Below, one piece after another: positions 12,701-25,454 of a stretch of 64,000 nt of DNA. The notes beneath the pieces are model-generated. The model saw only the letters and a program-made list of their open reading frames with translations. It was not told the origin of the DNA and made no database searches. Each line of letters begins with the position of its first letter. Position 1 is the stretch's first letter. Where the stretch lies: assembly GCF_963921235.1 (NCBI RefSeq), contig NC_086097.1, forward strand, positions 182,344,001 through 182,408,000, read 5' to 3'. The stretch is from Mobula hypostoma (taxonomy: Eukaryota). Made by a program: the position numbers and the translations under genes.

Positions 12701-12919
12701 GTACCTCTTCCTAGAGATGCTGCCCGGCCTGCTGCGTTCACCAGCAACTTTTATGTGTGTTGCTTGTCTTTTACACTACTTGTTTATTTTTGTAACTTAG
12801 TAATTTTGTTTCTTGCTCTGGACTGCTGCTGCAAAACAACAAATTACGCAACATACGCATCAGTGATAATAAACCTAATTCTGAAAGAACACCCCTTTCA
12901 ACAGTATATACCCATTTGT

Positions 12920-15640
12920 AAGATATTGGAGCAGAATTAGGTCATTTGGCCTATCAAGTCTGCTGTGCCATTTCAACATGGCTGATCCAATTGTCCTCTC
13001 AGCACCAATTTCCTGTTTTCTCCCCTTATGCCTTCATGCCCTGACCAATCAAGAATCTATCAACTTCTGCCTTAAATATACGTTCCAACTTGGCTTCCAT
13101 AGCTGCCTGTGGCAAAAGTTTCCACAGCTGCCTGTGGCAAAGGTTTCCACAGATTCACCACCCTGTCTAAAGAAATTCCTCCTCATCTCCATTCTAAAAG
13201 GACACCCCTCTATTCTGAGGCTGTATCCTCTGGTCTTTGACTCTCCCACCATAGGAAACATCCTCTTCACATCCACTCTATCAAGGCCTTTCACCATTCA
13301 ATAGGTTTCAATGAGATCATCCCTCATTCTTCTGAATTCCTGTGAATACAGACCCAGAGCCTTCAGGCCATTCAATCCTGGAATCATTTTCATGAACTTC
13401 CCTTGAACCCTCTCCAGTTTCAGCACGTCCTGTCTAAGGTAAGGGTCCCAAACCTGCTCACCATACTCCAACTGAGGCTTCACCAAAGCTTTAGATATTC
13501 TAGTCCTCTTGAAATGAATGCTAATATTGTGTTTGCCTTCCTCACCATAGACTCAACCTGCAAATTAACTTTTAGGGAATCCCGCACAAGGACTCCCAAG
13601 TCCTTTTGTGTCTCAGTTTTTTTGTATTTTCTCTCCACTTAGAAAATAGTCAACCCTTTCATTTCTTCTACCAAAGTGCATGACCATAAACTTCCCAACA
13701 TTATGTTGTATCTGTGATTTCTTTGCCCATTCTCCTAATCTGTTGAAATCCTTCTGTAGCCTCTCTACTTCCTCAAGACTGGCTGCCCCCACCCCACCTA
13801 TCTTCATTTCATCCGTAAACTTTCCAACAAAGCCATTGATTCCATCATCCAAATAATTGACATATAACGTAAAAAGTATCAAAGCCAACACAATCCCCTG
13901 TGGAACACTACTAGTCACCGGCAGCTAGCCAGAAAAGGATCACTTTATTCCCACTCTGTGTCCTGCCAATCAGCCACTGCTTTATCCATGTTAGAATCTT
14001 TCCTGTAATACCATGGGTTCATTGCTTGTTAAACAGTCACCTTGTCAAAGGCCTTCTGAAAATCCAAGCACACAACATCAAGCGATTCTCCTTTATCTAT
14101 GCTGCTTGTTACTTCTTCAAAGATTCCAACAGATTTGTCAGGCAAGATTTTCCTGTAAGGAGATCATGCTGACTACAGCCTATTTTATTATGTGCATCCA
14201 AGTACCCCAAAACCATATCCTTAACAATCAACTCCAACATCTTCCCAACCACTGAGATCAGTCTAACTGGTCTAACTTTCCTTTCTTCTGCCCCTCTCCT
14301 TTTTAGTTATTCTTGAAAAATCATAAATAATGCCTCCTTGATCTCTCCAGCCACCTCTATCAGAACTCCAGGATGTACACCATCTGGTTCAGGTGACTTA
14401 TCTCACTAAAAACCTTTCAGTTTCCCCAAGAACCTTCTCTCTAGTGATGGTAATTTCACACACTCCATGCCCCCTGACACCTGGAACTCCCATCATATTG
14501 CTGGTGTCTTCCACAGTGAGCACTGTTGTGAAATACTTATTCAGTTTGTCCACTATTACTACTTCTCCAGCATCGTTTTCCAGTGGTCCAATATCCAGTC
14601 TCACCTCTTTTACATTTTATGCACCTGAAGAAGCATTTGGTATCCTCCTTAATATTATTGGCTTGCTTACTTTCATATTCCATCTTTACCTTCTTAATGA
14701 CTTTTTTTTAGCCTTCTGTTGGTTTTTAAAAGCTTCTCAATCCTCTAACTTCCCACTAATCTTTGCTTTATTATATGCCCTCTCTTTGGCTTTCATGTTG
14801 GCTTTAACTTCTCTTGTTAGCCATGGTTGAGTCATCTTGCCTTTAGCATAATTCTTCCTCTTTGGGATGTATATATCCTGTGCCTTCTGAATTGCTTCCA
14901 GAAATTCCAGCCATTGCTGCTCTGCCGTCATCCCTGCCAATGTTCTTTTGCAATCAATTCTGGCTATCTCCTCTTTTCCTGTCTTTGTAATTTCCTTTAT
15001 TCCATTACAATACTGGTGCATCTGACTTTAGCTTCTCCTTCTCAAATTTCAGTGTGAATTAGGTTGTATGATGATCACTTGCTCCTAAGGGTTCTTTTAC
15101 CTTCAGCTCTCTAATCAATTCTGGTTCATTGCACAACCACCCAATACCTAATAGCTGATCCTCTCATTGGCTCAACCATGAGCTGCTCTAAAAAGCCATC
15201 TCATAAACTCTCTAGAAATTCCCCCTCCTGTAATCCAGCACCAACCTGATTTTCCCAATCTACTTGCACATTGAAGTGCCCCATAACTATTGTAACATTG
15301 TCCTTGTGAAAGGAATGGCCACAAGGGAACCTTGCAATGATTGCCTACTCCTCTTACTTTTCCTGGCTGTCACCCATCAATCTGAAGCCTGTACCTGGGG
15401 TATGACCATCTCAGTGAAAGTCTCATTTCTGAAGCCCTCAGCTTCTTGCATGATTCTGATCCAGCTCCAGTACCTTAACCCAATGTGTCAGGAGCTGTAG
15501 CTGGGTGCACTGCCTACGGATGTAGTCATGAGGGAGACCACGAGGTTCCCTGACTTCACAAATCCCTCGGGAGGAGCTTTCCACAATCCTGGCCCATGTC
15601 CTGCCTGTACTGAGTCCAGCACTAAGGATCAATATTCAAA
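12920..15640 (-). mobile_element. Decayed CR1 LINE (endonuclease end, RT and 3' end) with an adjacent ORF1 zinc-finger fragment
   Basis: SSVPQGIVL, KFTDEMKIGG, RTLAGMTAEQQWLEF, KTRGYSLRIEG. ORF1-like segment at 15300-15632. Confidence 0.88.
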
Positions 15641-16170
15641 GTGTGTATGCAGCATACAACCCTGAAAGTTGTCTTCCCCACAGACCACCATGCAATAAAG
15701 AAATGCCATGGAACCAACCCATTCAAAGAAAAGCATCAAACCCTCTATGCATAAAAAAAATGTGCAAACTGCAACAAGAAAAATGAGGGAAAACAGAATA
15801 AAACAAAATCAAAAAGGCATATTTCAGTTCATTGTTCATTAGCTGCTAGAACACATCATAAATCTGAATTAGAGTCCAGATCTGCAAATCGTGCTCTTGC
15901 ACCACCCCTTGACAGCATTGAGGGAGAGGGAGAGATCACTCAAAATGCAGGGACCTTCCCTTGGGATCAGTGAGTGAGTGAGAGAGAGAGAGAGAGCCAC
16001 ACGCAAACACCGTCTGCCAGCAGCAGCGACTGAGAGGCTGGTAGAGGGTACTGAACATTCGCTCACTCTCCACACTCACCTCAATGATTTTAATCTTCCT
16101 CAGTGCTTTAATCTGCAAAAGATGGGCTGCTGTCTTCCATGCTACACGATTTATTTGCAGCAAAATAAAA
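15630..16170 (-). repeat. Unclassified interspersed repeat related to 10822-11550
   Basis: Shares an A-rich plus-strand start and the gctttaat internal motif. Family not recognised. Confidence 0.4.
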
Positions 16171-16543
16171 AACTTGCCTGTAGCTCCTCACAAAAACCAC
16201 TTCACTTTGAATGTAAACCTCAGCTCCCCATACCTCTTTCTTGGCTGTTGTTAATGAACCAATCAACTATTAACTAATAATTAGCAAACTTATCCCAATT
16301 TCCTGAAAAGTTAAAGTCACAAGCACAGAACTTACTGTACCTCTTTGAAACTCTGTTTAAAAGTTAGCTAGGGAGATCAGTTATTTCTGAGCTGCTAGTT
16401 ATACCCTCTGTAGTAAAACTAACAAAGCACCCATTCAATTCATCTGTCTTCTAGTTTAAAATTTCCCAAACTCACTTTCTAAAGACCAACACTTTAACTA
16501 CTCTGTTAAAGTATCTCTTGAAGCTCCTGGTTTCACATTGATA

Positions 16544-17880
16544 TCAGAATCAGATTTATTATCACCTGCATGTGACATGAAATTTGTTAACTTAGCAGCA
16601 GCAGTTCAATGCAATCTAGTAGAGAGAAAAATAATAAATTAAATTTAAGAAAATAACAAACAAGTAAATTACATATATTGAATAGATTTTAAAAAACATG
16701 CAAAAACAGGAATACTGTATATTTTAAAATAAGTGAGGTAGTGTCCAAAGATTATGTCCATTTAGCAGAGGGGAAGAAGCTGTTCCTGAATCATTGAGTG
16801 TGTGCCTTCAGGCCTCTGTACCTCCTACCTGATGGTAACAGTGAGAAAAGGACATGCCTGGGTGCTGGAGGTCTTTAATAATGGACGCTGTCTTTCTGAG
16901 GCACCGCTCCCTGAAGATGTCCTGGGTACTTTGTAGGCTGTACCCAAGATGGAGCTGACTAGATTTACAACCCTCTGCAGCTTCTTTTGGTCCAATGCAG
17001 TAGCCCCTCCATACCAGACAGTGATGCAGCCTGTCAGAATGCTCTCCACGGTACATCTATAGAAGTTTTGGAGTGTATTTGTTGACATGCCAAATCTCTT
17101 CAAACTCCTAATAAAGTATAGCTATTGTCTTGCTTTCTTTATGACAACATCGATATGTTGGGACCAGGTTAGATCCTCAGAAATCTTGACACCCAGGAAC
17201 TTGAAGCTGCTCACTCTCTCCACTTCTGATCCCTCCATGAGGATTGGCATGTGTTCCTTCGTCTTACCCTTCCTGAAGTCCACAATCAGCTCTTTTGTCT
17301 TATTGATGTTGAGTGCCATGTTGTTGCTGTGACACCACTCCACTAGTTGGCATATCTCACTCCTGTATGCCCTCGTTACCTGAGATTCTATCAACAATGG
17401 TTGTATCATCAGCAAATTTGTAGATGGTATTTGAGCTATGCCTAGCCACACAGTCATGTGTATATAGAGAGTAGAGCAGTGGGCTAAGCACACACCCCTG
17501 AGGTGCGCCAATGTTGATCGTCAGTGAGGATATGTTATCACCAATCCGTACAGATTGTGGTCTTCCAGTTAGGAAGTCAAGGAGACAGTTGCAGAGGGAG
17601 ATACAGAGGCCCAGATTCTGCAACTTCTCAATCAGGATTGTGGGAATGATGGTATTAAATGCTGAGCTATCGTCGATGAACAGCATCATGACACAGGTGT
17701 TTGGGTTGTCCAGATGGTCTAAAGTCTTGTGGAGAGTCATTGAGATTGCATCTGCTGTTGACCTATTGTGGCGATAGGCAAGTTGCAATGGGTCCAGGTC
17801 CTTGCTGAGGCAGGAGCTCAGCCCAGTCATGACCAATCCCTCAAATCATTTCATCACTGTCGATCGTCATTAAGGCAGCC
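16544..17880 (-). mobile_element. Well-preserved 5'-truncated Rex1/Babar LINE (RT and 3' end)
   Basis: [74 protein letters not shown]. (TTCTGA)n tail. Frameshifted. Confidence 0.92.
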
Positions 17881-18149
17881 AATATTTCTGTGCGGCTTCA
17901 CTTGAAAGCCCTTTTTCTCCCCCTCAATAAGTGGTTCGTTGTCAGCCTGTTTTCTCTCCAACATGCTCATCGGCCATCTGGTTGGGTCTATCTTCAAGGC
18001 TGATACTGTTCCCATCCACCCCTACTTGGAATTTTTCATTGTTGGAGTGAATATTTGTTATTCTTTGTACCCCCTTCTGATGGGGACATGTACACTGATG
18101 GTGTGGAACCAGGGGTATCAGGATGGAGGCAGTGTTAGAGATATTGACT

Positions 18150-20460
18150 TTGTGTGAAAACCCTACCTCTGACATTTCTCCTAATCTTTCCTCCACTTAC
18201 CTTCAAAGAATGCCCTCTGGTATTTGTCACTGCAGCCCTGGGGAAAGGTGCTGGCTGTCCATTCTATCTATGCCTCTTAATATTATACATCTCTTTCAAG
18301 TTGTCTTAACCTCCTTTGCACCAAAGAGAAAAGCCTGAGCTCACTCAACCTTTCTTTATAGAACATGTTCTCTAATCCAGGCAGTATTCTGGTAAGTCTC
18401 TTCTGCACCCCCTCTAAAGCATCCACATCCTTCCTATAATGAGACCACCTGAACTGGACATAATACTCCAAGTGTGTTCTAACCAGAGTTTTATAGAGCT
18501 GCAACATTACCACATGGCTCTTTAACTCAATGCCCTGATTAATGAAAGCCAGCACACCACACAACTTCTTAACCATTCTATCAACTTTGAAGGATGTATG
18601 GATATGAACCCCGAGATCCCTCTGAGTCTGCTAAGAATACTTCCATTAATCTTGTACTCTGTCATAAAGTTCAATCTTACAAAGTGTATCACTTCACACT
18701 TTTCTGGATTGAACTTCATCTGCCACTTCTTAGGCTGGTCTGCATTCTGGTAATGTCCTGTTCAACCACATTCTACATTATCCACAACACCACCCAAATT
18801 AATGTCATCTGCATTGTACTAAATTACCCTTCCACTTGCTCATTTAAGTAATTTATTTTTAAAAACATCACAAATAGCAAGGGTCCGAGAACATATCCCT
18901 GCAGAACACTACTAGTCACTGAAGTCCAGGCAGAACATACTCCACCTGCTATCACCCTCTGCCAGTTCTGAATCCATGCAGCCAAGTTCCCCTGGATTCT
19001 ATGCCTCCTACCTTTTTGAATGAGCCTACTATTGATCAACTTGTCAAGCACCTTACTAAAATCCATATATGCCACATCTATTGCATTACCTTCATTCAAT
19101 TTGTTTTTAAGATTATCTTGAATCTACCTTCAATTTGTTTCATTACCTCGATAAAAAAAAATCAGGCTCCCAAGGCACAACCTCCCATCATAAATCCAAT
19201 TATTCTCAATCAGACTGACTCTCTAAATGCTCTTAAATTCTGTCCAAAGATTCCTCTCCAATAGTTTGCCTACCACTGATGCAAGACTCATTCATCTAAT
19301 TCCCAAGATTATTCCTATTACCTTTCTTGAACAATGGAACAATATTTGTCATCCTCTGTTCCTCCTGCACTTCTCCTGTGACCAGTGACGACATAAAGAC
19401 TATTGCAAACAATGCTGCAATTTCTTCCCTCATTTCTCATAGTAGTCTGGGGTATACTCTGCCTGGCCCCAAGGATTTATCTTGCTTAATGTTTCAAAAG
19501 CTCCAACACCATCTCTTTCTTAACCTCAAGCTGTTCTAGCACATTAGCCTGTTGTACACTATCCTCTCATTCACGGCCCTTCTCCTTAATGAACACGAAA
19601 GCAAAGTATCATTAAGGACCTCCCCAACTGGTCCTACCCTCATTCTAGTCATCCTCATTTTTCATACCTGTGTGGAAACATTAGGGTTTTCCTTAATCCT
19701 ACTTGCCAAGGCCTTCTCATATCCCTTCTAACTCCCCTAAATCCACTCTTCAGCTTCTTCTTGGCTACATTGTATCTATCAAGAGGCCCGTCTGATCCTA
19801 GCATCCTAAACCCAAGTAAACTTCTTTCTTCCCTTGACTAGATGTTTCACATCTCTTGTCAACATGGTTCCTTCACCCTACCATCATTTCCCTGCCTCAA
19901 TGGGACAAATCTATCCAGAACTCCAAGTAAGTACTCACTAAACAACCTCAACACTTCTGCTGCGCATTTCCCTGGAAACATTTGTTCCCAATCTGAGTAG
20001 GTTCGTTGTCTAGAACTAGATCCATTGTGGCTTCTCCTCTAGTTGGACTGTACACACCTAACAAATTCTGCCTCATCTACACCTTTTGCACTAAGGAGCT
20101 GCCAATCAATATGGGGGAAGTTGAAGTCTCCCATGCCATCAACCCTGTTATGTTTGCACTGTTACAAAATCTGCCTCCTGATCTGCATCTCAAAGTCCCT
20201 GTTGCAACTGGGGAGGTATAAAATACTCACAATAAAGTGATTGCTGCTTCCAGTTTCTGATTCCTACCCACACTGACTCAGTAGATGATCTCTCCATGAA
20301 TTCCTCACTTTCTGCAGCTGTGATACTATCCCTGATCAGCAATGCTACTCCCCACCTCATTTACCTCCCTCCCTATTCCTTCTGAAATATCTAAGCCCTG
20401 GAACATGAAGCAGCCAACACCATCCTTGTAACAGACAAGCCCCTGTAATTGTACCACATC
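18150..20460 (-). mobile_element. Decayed CR1 LINE ORF2
   Basis: DVAYMDFSKVLDK, KFNPEKCEVIHF, LYKTLVRTHLEY. Confidence 0.85.
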
Positions 20461-21306
20461 TGACCAATTGCACCCCCCCCACCCCCGGATCTGACGGTGT
20501 TGGGGTGGGCAGGTGAGTCAGGCTCTCTGCTGCAGGGGTTGGAGTGAATAAGGGCTGTGTGTATTGGCTGGCACTTGCTGCGCTTGGTTTGGAACTGTGA
20601 TAAATTATTTTGTTGTCATTGTGTATTGCTGTTAATTACATACCCTATTACCAAATATAATCAAGTACTTGGGAGAGTCTACAGGGTTGTGAGAATCAAA
20701 TCCTTGCAGCACAGTGCCATATCAAAGGCACAGAATATACTCCTGTCAACACTCTTGTTGCCTTTGTAAATGAATTCTGTTAAAGGCAATGAAGGGTTGC
20801 TTCACTAGTTCCAACACTTGTAATTGTCTTTTCTGGCTTGTGTGCCTGTTTGCAAGCAGCCCTGCCCCTCATGCAGAAATGCTTTAGCCTTGCTTGAGGT
20901 TGGGGGCAGTGAGGTTATTTGGTCATCGTTGTACGAACAGCCTGATGATTCCAGCAAACCTTGTTAATGGGATGTCCGACACCAATCCCACTGCCCCGCT
21001 CCCTCCACTCAGCCATGTGCCATTCCCCAAACTAATCCCACTGCCCTGCAGTCCACACAGCCCCAGGTCAATCTTTCCACCACAATGCCTCCTTGTTTCC
21101 TTCACCAAGTGCTGCTCATCCTTGAAGATCGCAGTGATACAGAGTCAGCAGTGTTCACTGGGGGCATTTGGGGTGAATCCCTCTCTCCAGCCCTTACCCT
21201 GTGCACTCTTCATCTCCAATCTCTTGATCTTCATCTCTTCATTTTCTTCTGCCTGACAGAAGCCAAGATGGTCTCTCCCTGTAGTTGGTCCCAAACCTGA
21301 AGCCAC

Positions 21307-22055
21307 TGACACAACCACAAGAGATCCTGCAGATGCTGGAAATCCAGAGCAAAACAGACAGAATGTTGGAGAAACACAGCAGGTCAGGCAGCATCTATAG
21401 AAATGAATAAACAGTTGTCGTTTTTGGCTGAGACCCTTCTTCAGGACAGGAAAGGAAGAGGGATGATGCCAGAATAAAAACGTGTGGGGAGAGGAAGGAG
21501 GACTAGCAAGAAGGTGATAGGTGAAGGCAGGTTGTTGGAAAAGGTAAAGGGCCAGAGAAAGAATCTAATAGAAGAGGAGAGTGGACCACGGGAGAAAGGG
21601 AAGCAGGAGGGACATTGGGGGAGCTGATAGGCAGGTGAGGTGAAGAGGTAAGAGACCAGAGTGGGGAATAGAAGGAGGAAAGGGGAGGGAAAAAAGTTAC
21701 CAGAAGGAGAAATCAATGTTATGCCATCAGGTTGGAGAGAACCTAGGTGTTGCTGCTCCACCCTGAGCGTGGTCTCATCATGGCAAATGAGGCGGCCATG
21801 GACCTCCTTGTCAGAACGGGAATGGGGATAGGAATTAAACTGGTTGGCCAACAGAGCAGAGGTGCTCAACAAAACAATCCCCAATTTATGTCAGGTCTCA
21901 CCCGTGAAGAGGAGGCATCAGGAGCACTAGATACGATAGAAGACCCCAACAGATTCACAGTCTCACACTTCCACATGTCCTTTCAGGGCCCCAAAGAGTC
22001 CTTCTGTGTGAGGCAACACTTCACCTGCAAATCTGTTGGGATAAAGGGTCTCAGT
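21307..22055. mobile_element. Penelope-like element: GIY-YIG end and terminal repeat (minus) joined to an inverted internal piece (plus, about 21960-22040)
   Basis: Minus: ANQFNSYPHSRSD..VHGRLICHDETTLRVEQQH..LGSLQPDG. Plus: QGPKESFCVRQHFTCKSVG. Degenerate hammerhead at about 21412-21447. Confidence 0.85.
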
Positions 22056-22149
22056 GAGTTCACCAGAAAGGCTGCCTATATATGGAGCCAAGGAAGATTT
22101 TTAATGTCTATTTCTCTTCAATGTTTACTAAAAATATCATAGATGCCAA

Positions 22150-24330
22150 AGAAATGGTAATAAGTAATGAGGTCTTAGAACGTATGCATATTGTGAGGAA
22201 AGAAGCATTTGCAGGCGAAGCTCATTAAATGGAGCAAAACCCAACGGCCTGACCAAGTGCACACCCAGACCTTATGGGAGGCCAAGAAAGAAATGGCAGA
22301 GACCTTTGTGGAGATATTTGCTTCATCATTAGGCACTGGTGAAATTCCAGAGGACTGCAGGGAGGCCAATGTTGTTCCATTGTTCAGGAAGGGTAGCAAG
22401 GACAGGCCATGGAACTACAGGCCCGTAAGCCTGACTTCAGTTGTAGGAAAGTTACTGGAGGGAATCCTGAGAGACAAGTCTGTCATCACTGGGATAGTCG
22501 AGGCCTGATCAGGAAGAGTCAGCGTGGTTTTGTGCGTGGGACGTCATGTCTGATGAATCTTTGAACTTTTCTAAGAGGTAACTACGGAGACAGGTGAAGT
22601 CAGAGCAGTGGATGTTGTCAATGTGGACTTTGGTAAGGCCTTTAACAAGGTACTGTATGGCAGGTTGATCTGAAAGGTTGAGTTGCTTGGGATTCAGGGG
22701 AAGCTAGTGAGGTCAATTCAGAATTGGCTTGATGATAGGAAGCAGAGGATGATGGTTAAAGTTCAATTCTCTGACTGGAGACCTGAGACTAACTGGGTGC
22801 CCCACAGGTCAGTGTTAGGACCTCTGTTATTCACTATTTATGTAAATGATTTGGTTACAGTGAGACCTTGATCAGGTAGGGAAATGAGATTAATGAAAGG
22901 CAAATTGATTTTGATTTAACTAAGTGAGAGATGATGCATTTTGGACAATCAAACTAAGATAGGACCTATACAGGGCCCTGATGAGTGTTGTGGAACAGAG
23001 AAACCTGGTATTACAGGCGCACTGTTCGCTGTGCAAGTAGACAGTGTGGTGGAGAAAGCACTTAGCATGCTTGCCTTCAGTCAGTGCAGTGACTTCAGGA
23101 GTTACAGCAGTAAGTTATACAAGTCATTGATGAGACCACATTTGGAGTATTAGATTAGATTTATTTATTAATCTCATGTACATCAAAACATAGTGAAGTG
23201 CAGTGTTTCCATTAACAACCCACATAATCTGAGGATTTGCTGGGGGCAGCCCACAAGTGTTACCACACATTCCAGCACCAACATATCATGTTCAGCAGAA
23301 CAACACTCAGCCAACATACAAGCAACAGCAAAACAAACCCTTTTCATATTGACCTCCCAGCCACGCACACAGACAAGCCTTCAATTCCAGGAAAGGCCTC
23401 CAACATTAACAGTGTGGCTTCAGACTCTGGCATCGGGCCTCCAACTCAGCCAAATTTCTACAGGTGTACAGTGGGGAGCATTCTTACTGGCTGCATCACA
23501 GCCTGCTCTGGAGGCACCGATGCACAGGATCTGGAAAAAGCTTCAGAGACTGGAAAGCTCAACTAGCTCCAGCAAGGGCACAACTTTCCCACTACCCAGG
23601 ATAGCATTAGAGGCAATATGTCGAGGAGGCACCACCCATCATTAAGGGCCCTCATCATCCAGGACAAGCCCTCTTCCTGTTACTACCAGAGGGGAGGTAC
23701 AGAAGCCTGAAGACACAACAATTTAGGAACAGCATCTTCCCCTCCATCATCAGATTTCTGAATGCTCCATGAAACCATGAATACCTCATTTCTTTGCTTT
23801 TTTATGCACCTTTATTTATTTTCTATTTATTATTGTAACTTGGTGATTTTTATGTATGACTGCCATGAAACAGCAAATTTCACAACATGTCAGTGAAAAT
23901 GTACCTGAATCTGATCTCCAGACTCACCAGCTTCAAGTTACCCTGTTACATGGGAAGACATTGTCAAGCTGGAGAGGTACAGAAGAGGTTTACAAGGATG
24001 CTACTTGGGCTAGAGGGTCTGAGTAATAGGGAGAATAGGCAGGCTGGAACCTCATTCTTCGGAGGGTAGGAGAATGAGAGGTGGCCATAGAAGGCTGTAA
24101 AAGCACAAGGGAATGGATGAGGAGGATGGTGATAGTCTTTTCCCTGGAGCTGGGAGAAGCCCAATACTAGAGGGCACAGATGCAAGATAAGGAGAGGAAG
24201 ATTTGAGAGAAAGCTGCTTCACACCAAAGGTAGTGAGTAGCTGGAATGAGCTGCCAGAGGAAGTGGTCCAGGAGGGTACAAGTGCAACATTTTGGATAGA
24301 TGCTTCGATGGGCAATGGGGACTAGCAGGG
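22150..24330 (+). mobile_element. Decayed CR1 RT interrupted by Rex1-type fragments (about 23150-23920)
   Basis: IPEDCREANVVPLFRKGSKDRPWNYRPVSLTSVVGKLLE. The insert has FYRCTVGSILTGCITA. Confidence 0.82.
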
Positions 24331-24342
24331 AGAATGCTGTAA

Positions 24343-24528
24343 TGCACACAAAATGCTGGAGGAACTCAGAAAATCAGGCAACTTCCATGGAGGGGAGAAA
24401 CAGTTGACATTTCAGGCCAAGAACCTTCATCAGGACTTGGCCCAAAACATTGACTTTATTCCACTCTATAGATGCTGCCTGAATTGTTGAGTTGCTCCAG
24501 CATTGTGTGTGTTCTAGATCTCCAGCAT
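24343..24528. mobile_element. Short fold-back Penelope terminus with a hammerhead-like motif (minus 24402-24437)
   Basis: cacacaaaatgctggaggaactc...catcaggact | tggcccaaaacattgact...gagttgctccagcattgtgtgtg. Confidence 0.78.
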
Positions 24529-24689
24529 CCCACAGGAGGAACTTTCCACTGCCTTAACCCACATCCTACCAACACTGAATCAAGGACTAAGGATAAACAG
24601 AAAGATAAAGCCTTACCTGTGTTTTTTCACTGAAGTTTTGTTTTAAAGATCTGCTCTCACTCCCCAAACCTCCTTTCCTCTTGTGCTAA

Positions 24690-25390
24690 TGCAGCTTGTA
24701 CCTATCAGAAGGAGCATTACCGCCACCTACAGTAATGGAGTATGAAGGGAGCCATGACAGGGATCAGATCCTACCTCCCAAACCTGTTTTAATTAACAAG
24801 TTCACCAGGGCCCTACACAACTTACCCATCCCTGCCTCAGGTGCTAGAATATCCAGCAAATCTAAGCATTCCAAACCTACCCAATAATTACCTAAATAGC
24901 TTCCCACATTCCAACAAATATCTGTAGCACACCATGACCACATGTTCCACCATCTCTGGGACCTTACAAATATCACACCACCCATTCCCATGCTTACTAA
25001 CAAGTGCCAACGTAGAGTGCAAACCCGTATGTCCAAAACCTCAGTCTCACCAACTATACATTTTTCCTCCGATTCCTTCTCAAAAGGTACCTCCCCTGGA
25101 CTGATAGAAACACATTGTAATACCACCTCCCTTTCCCACTCCAATCCCACAATTTCTGCTATTTCTCAATTCCCAGCCCACCTAATACAAGATTTGGCTT
25201 CATACTCTCCCATATTAACTATAATATCCATCTCAGATTTAGTAAGTGCCTGTTTTGCTGTAACATCTGCCCTTCCATTACCCAATAAACCCATATGTGC
25301 AGGTACCAAACAAAACTGCACCACTATTCCCACACTCCCCAAACCTTTTCACACTGCAATATCTTGAACCAAATTCTCATTCCAAAGTGG
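24690..25390 (-). mobile_element. Nimb/I-group non-LTR retrotransposon 3' fragment (RNase H end, CCHC finger, 3' motif)
   Basis: Manual translation gives VQFCLVPAHMGLLGNGRADVTAKQA, LWDWSGKGRWYY, and LVRLRF/GHTGLHSTL..VSKHGNGWCDICKVPEMVEHVVMVC. 3' UTR motif GTAGGTGGCGGTAATGC at 24730-24714. Confidence 0.8.
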
Positions 25391-25454
25391 CTACTCTGAT
25401 TGAGTCTGACCTCTTTTTACTGGCTGTTATCAATTAACTAATTAACTAGTCAAT

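Larger units (their letters stand above)
11969..12763. mobile_element. Young Penelope-like element remnant with inverted terminal repeats and a 13-bp TSD
   Basis: Arms of about 310 bp are near-perfect reverse complements. The ORF end MNNDFSNFR* lies at 12346-12375. TSD TTGTCTTTT(G/A)CAC at 11956-11968 and 12764-12776. Confidence 0.88.
10390..12890 (+). mobile_element. Decayed Rex1/Babar LINE interrupted by a minus-strand repeat (about 10822-11550) and a Penelope element
   Basis: Remnants of GAPQGC, KPKELIADFREGK, SFKFLGVNIS and RRLQMVVDSA. 3' tail ataataaacctaattctga. Confidence 0.75.

Noticed and set aside
21412..21447. Active ribozyme calls for the degenerate copies (3601, 6227, 6632, 21412, 27960, 36418, 62291)
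   Set aside because: Each has substitutions in CUGANGA, GAAA or stem III, so they are counted as fossils only.
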